The position numbers were made by a program, and so were the translations under genes. The notes beneath the pieces are model-generated. The model saw only the letters and a list, made by a program, of their open reading frames with translations. It made no database searches and was not told where the DNA came from. Shown here piece by piece: positions 43,244 through 56,540 of a DNA stretch of 64,000 nt; the stretch's first letter is position 1, and each line of letters opens with the position of its first letter. Source of the stretch: Eledone cirrhosa (lineage: Eukaryota); the NCBI GenBank assembly GCA_964016885.1, contig OZ024748.1:6448001-6512000 (forward strand). The letters run 5' to 3'.

Positions 43244-44092
43244 ATACAGTACGTCCGCAATGTAATTACCAAAAAGGAAAAAAAAAAAATAATAATGGCA
43301 ATTATACTTCAGTTCAATTGAACAAATAAAATTATTAAAAAAAACACGGTTTTATGAAACTCGGCAGATCACAATTATTGTGAGGTAATAAGATTTACTA
43401 TAGTAGAGTAATATTAATTGTTTCTAAATAGTAAACAACTAACTACCCCTTTATATTTCCTCTTCCGTAACACTCATTGTTTAAAAAAACATGTGACAAA
43501 CCCCTTACAAAATCATAAATAGACCCATAAATATTACTGTCCGTGTTAGTGTTATCACTAACATTTCTCTAATGACTTAAGATTTCTCCAAAATTTCAGG
43601 AAGGCAGGTATCAGGTTACATAGCAATTAGATAAAAAGGATTCAACAAAAACACCATATTTCCCGGCGCCGAAGACGCTACAATGTTCCTAAAATAAAAC
43701 ACGTTCGCCCCAACTAAAAAAAAACTTCCCCAAATATTCTCAAATTTAATCAAGTTACTTTAAAGAGAACAAAAAACATCATGAAAGAAATCTATAGCTG
43801 TAGTCATTCGTCATACATCATATCTTTTAGTAACCTTCTTTTCCGAAATATATCAATGATGTTAGGTTTTCTTGCATAAATTGACCTCTAGATGTTTAAA
43901 ACTGAACATCAAACACATTTATTATACCACCCTAGAATAAGGGGACTGCAAGGGTCAATAATTCAACCTCCAATCTTCCTTAGCTCTTTTATCTTTCCAT
44001 CTTATTAAGATAAAACAACTATTATGTATATTTTTTCCATCAATAATATTACATAACATAGTGACATCACGATTAACCACCATAAAACAGAG

Positions 44093-44185
<93 letters not shown>

Positions 44186-44242
44186 GCACAGACACACACA
44201 CACGCACAAATATATGTATATATATATAAATACATGTATGTG

Positions 44243-44281
<39 letters not shown>

Positions 44282-44467
44282 ATTTAGTATATGTAATCAC
44301 GTGTTCACATATGTAACCAGCACCTACAGTTTCTGGCCCCTAGAGTATTACAGAGATACCCTTGGTAACTAGCGTGAAATAGAAATATAAGAATAATGGT
44401 TTAATGAGTTAATGACTTCAGGGTGTAATTGTCTAATTAGCCATGCAGAAATATATATCATATATAT

Positions 44468-44596
<129 letters not shown>

Positions 44597-44923
44597 ACAG
44601 ATATTCGCGTTTACGGAGTCGTTGCATTTAAATTTTACAATTTCAAATTTTATTTTTATACTCCATCTCTCTTCAAATATCTCGCTCTATTACACACGCA
44701 TTCACACACACACACACACGCACACGCACACACACACACACACACACACAAGGAAACACACATATATTCACACACACACACAGACACACAGGCACGTGCA
44801 GAAATACACACACATACCCAAGCACACACGCACACATACACATACACACACATACAAACACACACACACACACACAAGCAAACACACATATATTCACACA
44901 CACAGACACACATACCCAAGCCC

Positions 44924-44992
<69 letters not shown>

Positions 44993-45305
44993 AGTATATT
45001 TGATGTGCTATCTCCAAGTTACCCAATACAGTATATTCTGTCACTCCTGTCACCTTTCAACAGATGAAAGAGATAACTGCCAGGCTTATATTTCAGCCTC
45101 TATGATTCACATCTCATTCACTTCAATATTATTATTATTATCATTATTATCATTATCGTTATTGTTGTTGTTGTTGTTGCTGTTGTTACTACATCATATT
45201 ACATCATATGTTGTAATATTGTTTCATTTGATATGTTTGTTGATCACAGATGATGATGGAGTCCTTATTACACCTCACACACACACACACACACACACAT
45301 ACACA

Positions 45306-45391
<86 letters not shown>

Positions 45392-45557
45392 TATATATAG
45401 ATATATAGATATATATACGTCCCTACGCTTGCAGCCTGTACAACTGCGATGCCAATGCTTCTTTTCTCGCTACACACCAGTATTGAGTACTTAATCAGTA
45501 TATATCTGAATGTTTTAAAGACTACGTCATTTTAAACACACACACACACACATATAT

Positions 45558-45752
45558 AAAGGAAAATGTATGATCCCGACGGCAGAGCTCAAGCCGTTTC
45601 GACGGCTATTTCCGGACTCAACAATAGCCATCGAAACGGCTTGAGCTCTGCCGTCAGGGGTCATACATTTTCCTATTACCCACTCTACTACCCTAAGTAT
45701 TGAGTACTCTGGTGCGTTATGGTCCATCTGGTTCCTTACCACAACTCCTTCG

Positions 45753-45756
<4 letters not shown>
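45558..45756 (+). mobile_element. Family F foldback element, opposite orientation
   Basis: GAAA(45633)-CGGC TTGAGCTCT GCCG-TC plus the same tail as 26231 (ccctaagtattgagtactctggtgcgtt...ccttcgttat). An internally deleted copy lies at 60897-61008 and a fragment at ~35690-35720. Confidence 0.65.
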
Positions 45757-45788
<32 letters not shown>

Positions 45789-45795
45789 ATGATGA

Positions 45796-45946
<151 letters not shown>

Positions 45947-46227
45947 GTGAGGTTTTATTTATTTTTTTTTTTTACAAAATGAAAAATAACCGGTGTCCTA
46001 CACGAGTGAAAGTATAACGAAAAAAAGATGAAATCGAAAATGCAACTGGAGTCTTATTTAAAAAAATCTATATATTTTTTTTTAAATAAGACTCCAGTTG
46101 CATTTTCGATTTCATCTTTTATTCTTTATATATATATATATATAGGTTATTCCGGGTTGAATCGGAGGTAACCACAGTAAGTAAGGTACTCAATACATAG
46201 CAGAGTATAAAAGTTTTAATATAGATG

Positions 46228-46278
46228 AGATTCTACAAGACTAGAACTGTTTCATTCTTTAGAAATCATCAGGAATCT
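46228..46278 (-). ncRNA. Type I hammerhead ribozyme motif, family A (inverted twin; element tail continues to ~46145)
   Basis: Reverse complement of the 46287 motif, with one G-T wobble in stem III. It forms the left arm of the palindrome at ~46219-46347. Confidence 0.75.
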
Positions 46279-46286
46279 GGCTTTCC

Positions 46287-46337
46287 AGATTCCTGATGAT
46301 TTCTAAAGAATGAAACAGTTCTAGTCCTGTAGAATCT
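46287..46337 (+). ncRNA. Type I hammerhead ribozyme motif, family A (intact core)
   Basis: AGATTC-CTGATGA-T TTC TAAA GAA T-GAAA-CAG TTCTAGTC CTG-TA^GAATCT. Stem I AGATTC/GAATCT, stem III CAG/CTG, GTA cleavage triplet. Confidence 0.8.
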
Positions 46338-46352
46338 CATCTATATTATATG

Positions 46353-46387
<35 letters not shown>

Positions 46388-46719
46388 ATATGTATATATG
46401 GATTAATTTGAACGTCCATGTTTGCGATGTCTAATGAATGCAATAGTAAGGTCATAATAGGTGATTCCAGCCAGGTACTGTGGGTGGTGTTGATGGGTGT
46501 GAAGGGGGGTATGTGTACGTCAGTGTGTCACGTAAACCTCCTGGCCAGTGACCAGCTGGTTTCTTTAATAGCAGATCTTCACACGAACATACACCCTTAC
46601 AAAGGTACGTGTATACACACATACATACATACGTACATACAGACCAATACATACATACATAGAAACCAATTGGTTTGTACGTGTCTATGTATATTTTGGT
46701 GTAAACATACGTTTACACC

Positions 46720-47878
46720 AACATATACATAGACACGTACAAACCAATTTATACATACATATACATCAATATATACATACACACATACAAACCAATATAT
46801 ACATACATATACACCAAGATATACATACATATACACCAATATATACATACACACATACAAACCAATATATACATACATATACTCCAATATATACATACAT
46901 ATACACCAATATATACATACATATACACCAATATATACAAATACACCAATATATACATACATATACACCAATATATACATATATACACCAATATATACAT
47001 ATATACACCAATATATACATATGTACACCAATATATACATATGTACACCAATATATACATATATACACCAATATATACATATGTACACCAATATATACAT
47101 ATATACACCAATATATACATATATACACCAATATATACACATATACACCAATATATACATACACACATACAAACCAATATATACATACATATACTCCAAT
47201 ATATACATACACACATACAAACCAATATATACATACATATACACCAATATATACATACATATACACCAATATATACATATGTACACCAATATATACATAC
47301 ATATACACCAATATATACATATATACACCAATATATACATATGTACACCAATATATACATATATACACCAATATATACATACATATACACCAATATATAC
47401 ATATATACACCAATATATACATATGTACACCAATATATACATACATATACGCCAATATATACATATATACACCAATATATACACATATACACCAATATAT
47501 ACATACACACATACAAACCAATATATACATACATATACTCCAATATATACATACACACATACAAACCAATATATACATACATATACACCAATATATACAT
47601 ACATATACACCAATATATACATATGTACACCAATATATACATACATATACACCAATATATACATATATACACCAATATATACATATGTACACCAATATAT
47701 ACATATATACACCAATATATACATACATATACACCAATATATACATATATACACCAATATATACATATGTACACCAATATATACATACATATACGCCAAT
47801 ATATACATATATACACCAATATATACATATATACACCAATATATACATACATATACACCAATATATACATATGTACAC
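46720..47878 (+). repeat. Minisatellite, 20-24-bp unit acaccaatatatacat(acat)atat with higher-order variants
   Basis: Tandem array; open frames on both strands are artefacts. Confidence 0.95.
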
Positions 47879-49173
47879 GATACGATATTACAAAATAAGA
47901 TTTAGCTAATTTTAAATCATATCAATTCTGATTATTCGTCTTTCATGAATATATTTATACTACTTTGTACCCGACTAACCCGACCCTCCTCAAATAATCT
48001 ATCGTTTCACTAGACATGTATTGAGATCGATGCAATAAATATCGAACTGCCTCTTGAGAAGGAACTATCTTAATCCATCTCAGTCATCAATAATAATATA
48101 CAATAATATCAAAATGATCGATTTCATCACTTAAAATTTGTAATATTTTTATACACACAGTCTCATACACGTACACACACATACAAACATACATACATAC
48201 ACACGCACACATACACATATATATACACATGAATACAGAGACACGTACATACACACACTCGCTCTTATACATAAATACACATATACACGCAAACATACTC
48301 ATATACGTGCACTCATACACACACATACACACATATATACACACGTTCTCACACACATACACACATTCACGTAAGTACACACCTATAGCATCTGTTGTTG
48401 TGATTAACCCTCGTGCTTAGGTGTGTTTATGCACAGGGTCCCCTTGGTCAGGGAGGGAGGAGGCCCTCATAACTTAACTAGCACAGGGTCTCATTTGTCC
48501 TAAATGCGGCACTGCAAAGAATGATTCCCTCTTCTCCCCGAGAACGTCAGCAAAATAGAATTGGAACACTCATCGTCGAAAGCAGCGGAGATCCAATATA
48601 TGATGATGATGTGTGTGTATGTATGGATATGTGTATGTATGGATGTATGTAGGAATGGATGGCCAGTAGGATTAGTATAAGAAACTGGATCTATTCTGTA
48701 GCGGCTGTGGAAGGTTCTATCGAGAGGGAGGGAAGACAAAGAGTTTTTAGTACATTTGGAAAAACGAGAAAGCGCAAAATATTCACACTTTACCGCTATA
48801 AAACCTTCACCATTCACACACACACATACACACACACCACCACTACCGTCACCGCCACCATCATCACCATTACCACCATCCCCCCCACCTTCTTCCAGTT
48901 ATTCCTTAAAATTTTTTTGTTCCTCTTTTTCCTCAAGTTCTTTCTATTTTGTTTTCTTTCCATTTTATTATCTAAAGGGGTGGCTGATATTGGTGGGGTG
49001 GGTAGTGGTAAGTAGTGAGGTGTTGAAATAAGGGGGAGAAACACACCCTTGTCAAAACAATCTGTTTTATTTTGCCTTCATTCTTTTATTCTCTCTCTCT
49101 CTCGTTCTCTATTTCTTCCCCTACACTCACTCACACACACACACACATTCACACACACACATTCACACACACA

Positions 49174-49256
<83 letters not shown>

Positions 49257-49327
49257 TTTGACAGACAACCTCTACCCATCTCCAAACACCAGAAAACATA
49301 AATACAACCGTGTTACAATGACATTTA

Positions 49328-49377
49328 GCTTTCCTGCTGATTTCTTTCGAATGAAACAGTTCTAGTCCCGTAGAAGC
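49328..49377 (+). ncRNA. Degenerate family A hammerhead motif
   Basis: GCTTTC-CTGCTGA-TTTCTTTCGAAT-GAAA-CAGTTCTAGTCCCG-TA^GAAGC. One core substitution; stem I differs from the 46287 copy but still pairs. Confidence 0.6.
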
Positions 49378-49409
49378 CATTTTTATATTAAATTTCTATA
49401 TTAAATTTG

Positions 49410-49479
<70 letters not shown>

Positions 49480-49519
49480 TGACCCCCACCAAAGTGAGAT
49501 TTGGGCTAAATCTAATATA

Positions 49520-49628
49520 TACGAGGGCAATCCCAAAAGTAAGGTCTCCTTCCGATATTGCAACTTTTCCGTTAAAATCCTGTGGATGGTACTTCGGGAA
49601 ACCTCAGGAACCAACATACAGAGAGCTA
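49520..49628 (-). mobile_element. Internally deleted mariner remnant
   Basis: TA-CGAGGG mariner-type terminus joined to minus-frame LCMLVPEVSRSTIHRILTEKLQYRK, the HTH segment that precedes WVP in mariner transposases. Confidence 0.6.
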
Positions 49629-50107
49629 ATAATTCTTGGTTTAACTGAATAACCAAATAACTGAATGAATAAAAGTTACGAAGTCTTGCTTTAACTGAAT
49701 ATACGAATAACGGAATAAATGTTACGAAGACTTCGCTTAACTGAATATCCGAATAACAGATCAAATGAATGTTAAATTAAGTTTTTCTTGGTTTAACTGA
49801 ATCATGAAATAACTGAATGGGTGAACGACGAATGCTGAGTTTCACTGTATAACAGACGACAATTATTGGATTGGCAGAATCAATAGAGCGTCGGACACCA
49901 TGTTTCGCAGCATAGGGTTGTGTTCCTTTGTATTCTCAGTTCAAATCCCGTCGATGTTAACTTTACCTTTCATCCTTCCATAAAATAAAGTACCAGTAAT
50001 GTATGTACATTGCTGGCCTTGTGCCAAAAGTAGAAACAATTATTGTTTGTCTCCCTATCTCTCTCTCTCACTCACTTTCACTCACCCACACTATAGCCCC
50101 CCCCCTC

Positions 50108-50168
<61 letters not shown>

Positions 50169-50324
50169 AACCTACCCACACTATATGTCTCCCCGCTCTC
50201 TCATTCACTTTTACTCACCCACAATGTAGCTCTCCCTATTTCACACACCCACACTATAATTCTCTCTCTCTCTCACTCTTTGACCCACTCTCATTCACCC
50301 ACAAAGTAGTTGTCCCTCTTAAAC

Positions 50325-51256
50325 TCACCCACACTATAGCTCTCTCACTCTCCGTCATTCTCACCATACTATAACTCTCCCTGTCTCACTGACCCAGACT
50401 ATAGTTATCTCAATCTCCGTCCTTCTCACCATACTATAACTCTCCCTGTCTCACTGACCCAGACTATAGTTATCTCACTCTCCGTCCTTCTCACCATACT
50501 ATAACTCTCCCTGTCTCACTCACCCACACTATAGCTCTCTCACTCTCCGTCCTTCTCACCATACTATAACTCTCCCTGTCTCACTCACCCACACTATAGC
50601 TCTCTCACTCTCCGTCCTTCTCACCATACTATAACTCTCCCTGTCTCACTCACCCACACTATAGCTCTCTCACTCTCCGTCCTTCTCACCATACTATAAC
50701 TCTCCCTGTCTCACTGACCCAGACTATAGTTCTCTCACTCTCCGTCCTTCTCACCATACTATAACTCTCCCTGGCTCACTCACCCACACTATAGCTCTCT
50801 CACTCTCCGTCCTTCTCACCATACTATAACTCTCCCTGTCTCACTCACCCACACTATAGCTCTCTCACTCTCCGTCCTTCTCACCATACTATAACTCTCC
50901 CTGTCTCACTGACCCAGACTATAGTTCTCTCACTCTCCGTCCTTCTCACCATACTATAACTCTCCCTGTCTCACTCACCCACACTATAGCTCTCTCACTC
51001 TCCGTCCTTCTCACCATACTATAACTCTCCCTGTCTCACTCACCCACACTATAGTTCTCTCACTCTCCGTCCTTCTCACCATACTATAACTCTCCCTGTC
51101 TCTCTCACCCACACTATAGCTCTCTCACTCTCCGTCCTTCTCACCATACTATAACTCTCCCTGTCTCACTCACCCACACTATAGCTCTCTCACTCTCCGT
51201 CCTTCTCACCATACTATAACTCTCCCTGTTTCACTCACCCACACTATAGTTCTCTC
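50325..51256 (+). repeat. Minisatellite, 65-bp unit, about 14 copies
   Basis: cacccacact recurs at 50521, 50586 and 50651 (period 65); unit ctctcactctccgtccttctcaccatactataactctccctgtctcactcacccacactatagct. Confidence 0.95.
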
Positions 51257-51592
51257 AATAGTTTTCTCTCACTCAACCTCATGTTAGCTCTCTCACTCTC
51301 CAATTCTCACTCTCCGTCATTATCACTATAGTTCTCACTCTCCCGCACCATCACTAAACCTCTCTCCACCTCTCCCAGCCCCTCGTCTCCCCCTTTCGTC
51401 CTCACAATATTCAGGGGTCAATAAGGTTGACTCTCAGCTGGATATTAAATTTATTATTTTCCACGTCTCTTTCTCATATTTTTTCTATGTTGTCTTTTCT
51501 TTCGTAGTCTGTATTTTTGTTTTGGGATCCTGCAGTCATCTGAAGGTTATATATTCTTTATATAACGGTATATATTGTGTGTTTGGCTGTGA

Positions 51593-51656
<64 letters not shown>

Positions 51657-52045
51657 ATATATATTTAACCTTATCGAGCCCTCTTTGCATTTTAGTCTTC
51701 AAATTTATTATTATTACTATATATATCATTACTATTATTATTTATTATTATTATTAGGGGTCGATAAAATAAAGTACCAGTAATGCACTGGGTAATTGCT
51801 GGCCTTCTGCCTAAAGTAGAAACAATTATTACTATATATATATATATATATACGTTTAAATTGGCTGGTTCACCACTGGGTAGAATTGATAATTTTGCAG
51901 TATTAACAGACCTCCTGTCATTTTACTTTATTATATATATATATATACACACATATATATAAACATATATATATATATATATATAGTAATAATAATAAAT
52001 GAGAAGACTAAAATCCGAAGAGGGCTCGATAAGGATTATATATCA

Positions 52046-52350
52046 GCATCATCATCATCATCATCATCATCATCGTTTAACGTCCATCTTCTACGCTTGC
52101 ATGGGTTTGGACGGGAGTTTTCCCACTTGAGGCAAGGGTGGTTGTCCTGCTCGTATAGGACCGTCTGGTGGGTTTTATACGGCTGGATGCCCTTCCTAAC
52201 ACCAACCACGTTTACAGTGTGGACTGGGAGGTTTTTACCGTGTTACCTACACGGCCACATTACAGCGTGGACTGTGTGTTTTTATGTTTTTTTGTCGTGA
52301 CACCTACACGACCTCATTTGTTTCGGACTGGATGTTGTGGTACCAACATA
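52046..52350 (-). mobile_element. Second SINE family with V-SINE-like core and (ATG)n tail
   Basis: Minus strand contains GGTTGGTGTTAGGAAGGGCATCCAGCCGTATAAAA and ends GGACGTTAAACG(ATG)n. Matching copy at 62364-62670. Confidence 0.6.
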
Positions 52351-53000
52351 ATTTTACTTTGAAAGGGGTGGTGTGGATGGGGTGGGGGTAGTGGGACGGG
52401 GGTGTATTTTGTTAGAGGTGCCTACTGACTGTAGTAGGTTTCACTTTGTACTTAGGTAAGGCGGGTCTTCTCTATTACTGTGTAGCGCCAAAGATCTCGG
52501 TCCCAAAGATATATATATATATATATAAATATACACAGATAGATTGATAGATATGTAGGAGGCAAGCTAAAGGTTGTGCCAGGTTTAAAATAGTGTGAAC
52601 ATTGAATACGAGACTTCCAGTGAAACCAGCGATGAAACAAAAACAAAAATATGTCAATTGAAATCTTTTTTTCTTTCTGAAATTTAAAGAAAATCGTGAG
52701 TGAAGAATGATATTATATTAATATTATTATTATTATTATTCGGTGCGTTTGTAAACAAAAGCCTCAAAACACAATGTGTGTTTTCTAGATGACTTCATCA
52801 GCTTTTTGTTCCAGCGGTAGCTGAGAGAAAGCAGTCGAGAATTGTTTCGGAGTTGTTGCCCATTATCGAGACTGTGTATACTCGTCGCTACTCCCCGCTG
52901 GAAATAATGTGACTACACAATAATAATAATAATATTATAACATTATTATTAAATAAATTAATAAATAAATAACATTATAATTCAATAAAATTCTCTACAG

Positions 53001-53195
53001 GGTGGTGGATTGGCAGTATCGGTAGAGAGTCGGACACCATGCTTTGAAGCATAGAGTTACATCCCTTTATGATCTGAGTTAAAATCCCGCCAAGGTTAAC
53101 TTTGCCTTTCATCCATACGGGGTCGATAAAATAAAGTACCAGTAATGTACTGGATATTTGCTGGCCTTGTGCCTAAAATAGAAACAATTATTATT
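53001..53195 (+). mobile_element. Full-length tRNA-derived SINE (representative of the dominant family)
   Basis: A-box-like TGGCAGTATCGG; B-box-like GAGTT(C/A)AAATCC; core GCCTTTCATCC..GGGGTCGATAAAATAAAGTACCAG; tail GGCCTTGTGCCTAAA..AGAAACAATT(ATT)n. Confidence 0.85.
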
Positions 53196-53221
53196 AAATA
53201 CTCACGAATACTTGGCAAGGG

Positions 53222-53408
53222 CAGTGGCTTGGCAGTATCGGGAGAGGGTCGGACGCCATGCTTTCCAGCATAGTTACGTCCCTTTACGGTCTGAGTTCAA
53301 ATCCCGTCGAGGTTAACTTTGCCTTTCATCCTTACGAGGTCGATAAAATAAAGTACCAGTAAATGTACTGGATAATTGCTGGCCTTGTGCCAAAAGTAGA
53401 AACAACTA
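53222..53408 (+). mobile_element. tRNA-derived SINE
   Basis: Same A box, B box, core and tail as 53001. Confidence 0.85.
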
Positions 53409-54157
53409 TGTTCGAGGGATAACAAATTTGTTTCTATAGAAAATCCTCAACGTGGAATTCCAGCTCCAATAAGAAGTTAAAGGAAGGATTTGATTGGATG
53501 GATGCGCCATGGTTAGGTTAAATAAATGAATAAATAAATAACATTATAATTCAATAAAATTCTCTACAGCTGTGGGAGGTTAAAACTATTTATAAATTAG
53601 CGCGTTTTGTGAGTGTGTGTGTGTTTATTGTGTGTGTTTGTGAACATGCATGCGTACCAATATATGTATGTGTATACGTATGTTGTGTATATGGTGTGTG
53701 TGTATGCAAATATATGTGTATGTGTTTGTCGACATGCTTTTGTGCCAATATATGTATGTGTATACGCGCGTTGTGTATTTTTATGTGCGTGTATGCAAAT
53801 ATATGTGTATGTGTTTATTGTGTGTGTTTGTGGATATGCTTGTGTGTCAATATGTGTGTATGTGTATTCGTATGTTGTGTATTTGTATTTGTGTGTTTGT
53901 GAATATGTGTGTCTGTATGTATGTATGTGTTTGTTTGTTTGTTTGTCTATCTGTGTGTGAGGGTGGCTGTATGTGTGCGTACGTTTTTATGTGTAGATGC
54001 ATGGTTGTCCGTCTTTGGGTAAGTATATATATGTGTGTCTACGTGTGCGTGTGTATGTCTTTGGGTGAGTCTGTGTATGTGTGTGTGTATGAGTATGTGT
54101 ATGTGTATGTGTGTGTGTGTGTGTGTATGTGTGTGTATGTGTGTGTATGTGTGTGTA

Positions 54158-54238
<81 letters not shown>

Positions 54239-54326
54239 GTGTGTATGTGTGTGCATGCGTGTGTGTATGTGTATGTGTGTGTGTGAGTCTGTGTATGTGT
54301 GTATGTGTGTATGTATGTGTGTATGT

Positions 54327-54404
<78 letters not shown>

Positions 54405-54601
54405 GTTTATTATTCGTGAAGTTCTGTATTGCCATATAGAAATGTATACATAGCTACATATTGAAGATATCTGCCAATGGAGTCCTGAAATAACGTTTCA
54501 GTGATGTCGACCCTGGGTTAAGATAATAAAGGAACAGTCATTAACGTTTTCTTTTTTTTTTTTTTTTGAAGCTTTTATTTTTGTTGATTTGATAAATAAT
54601 G

Positions 54602-54932
54602 TTATCATCATCATCATCTTCACCATCATTAGTATTACTCATCATCATCATCATCTTCACCATCATTAGTATTACTCATCATCATCATCATCTTCACCAT
54701 CATTAGTATTACTCATCATCATCATCATCTTCACCATCATTAGTATTACTCATCATCATCATCATCTTCACCATCATTAGTATTACCCATCATCATCATC
54801 ATCATCTTCACCATCATTAGTATTAGCCATCATCATCATCATCATCATCTTCACCATCATTAGTATTAGCCATCATCATCATCATCATCATCATCTTCAC
54901 CATCATTAGTATTACCCATCATCATCATCATC
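54602..54932 (+). repeat. Minisatellite (cat)n-cttcaccatcattagtatta, with CAT tract growing along the array
   Basis: About 8 tandem units. Confidence 0.9.
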
Positions 54933-55314
54933 ATTACAATCTCCAACAACATCACCATTATCCGTCATCATCATCATCATCAGCGTCCTTCTCATCCTCC
55001 TTCTCATCATCATCTTTATTACTATCGCCAATATCACCATTATAGTCTTTCTCTTCCTCCTCCTTCTCCTCATCCTCATCATCATCATCGCTACATTTTT
55101 CCTCCTCCTCCTTCTCCTCATTATAATCATCATCATCATCCCTAATCTTTTCCTCCCCGTCCTCCACCTACTACTCCTCATCACTACCTTCATCATCTCT
55201 CTCTCTCTCTCTACCTCCCCCTTATCATTACCATAATCATCATGAGCCTCCTCCCCCTTCTCCTCCTTCTCCCCCTCCTCCTCATCACCCCCTCCACCTC
55301 ACATATTTCATCTC

Positions 55315-55866
55315 CATCATCATCACGACCATCATCATCACCACCACCACCATCACCACCATCACCATCATCGCCACCACCATCATCACCATTGTCACCA
55401 CCACCATCACCACCATCACATCACTATCACCACCACCACCATCACCACTATTATCACCACCACCATCACTACCATACCATCATTATCACTATCACCACCA
55501 CCACCACCACCATCATCATCACCACCACCATCATCACCACTATCACCACCACCATCACCACCACCACCATCATCATAATCATCACTATCACCACCACCAC
55601 CACCATCACCATCACCACCACCATCACCACCACCACCACCATCATCACCACCACCACCACCACCATCACCATCACCACCACCACCACCATCATCACCACC
55701 ACCACCACCACCACCACCACCACCACCACCACCACCATCACCACCATCACCACCACCATCACCACCACCACCACCATCATCACCACCACCACCATCATCA
55801 CCATCATCACCACCACCACCACGATCACCACCACCACCACCACCACCACCACCACCATCATCACCA
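55315..55866. repeat. (CAC/CAT)n compound microsatellite
   Basis: Directly visible. Confidence 0.95.
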
Positions 55867-56481
55867 TAATATTCATTAGAGCGACCATCCGGTTTGTTTG
55901 TTATTTTACAATATTTGATTGATTTATGTCGGTGTAGTGTAGATTATTACAGTGAGTGAAGACAGCTGAGTAAAACCTGTGTTCGATTAGCTACAGCTGT
56001 TGTCTAGATAAGAAACAGTGTGGGGTAGCCTACACACACACACACACTCACACACACTCACACATATAGACACATATGTATATATATCATATACACTTCC
56101 ACTCACTCACTGTTTCTCCTCTTCTCACTTCACCCCGTTCGCGACGAAAACATTTTCTCTCTTTCTCACATTTGAATTCGCTCCTGAAAGGTCTTTTTTC
56201 TAAGCGCTCATATATTCACCTAGCTTATGCTAACAGAATAACTATGAAGCTTGTTCCCTTCCTTCTACGGTTAGCTATCCTCTTTGTTGTTATCTTGTCT
56301 CACTCGCTTTACGCGTTTTAATTGTCCTAATAACTTAATTTAGTTATTATTGCACCGACGTGAGGTATATGATTTTTAATGCAATGAAATATCTATGATC
56401 GTCGGCAAATCACTGATGAGGGACTTATTTTATTACATGTTATCCATGTGCAACCAGCAGTATTCTTCTCCCCATTTTTTC

Positions 56482-56532
<51 letters not shown>

Positions 56533-56540
<8 letters not shown>

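Noticed and set aside
50325-51256. Regular array as CRISPR-like
   Set aside because: No unique spacers; head-to-tail 65-bp units in a eukaryotic context.
53001-53100. tRNA gene (A and B boxes)
   Set aside because: The boxes belong to SINE heads; spacing is too long and no cloverleaf is evident.
54912-55196. Acidic/basic low-complexity ORFs on the minus strand as a Lox4 upstream exon
   Set aside because: Derived from (CAT)/(CCT) repeats; no hexapeptide or Hox N-terminal motif.
56410-56445. CTGATGA at 56413, and similar heptamers at 5947, 11346, 18414, 36522, 52795 (-) and 56860
   Set aside because: No convincing stem II-GAAA-stem III-stem I closure. Some may be decayed ribozymes but cannot be supported.
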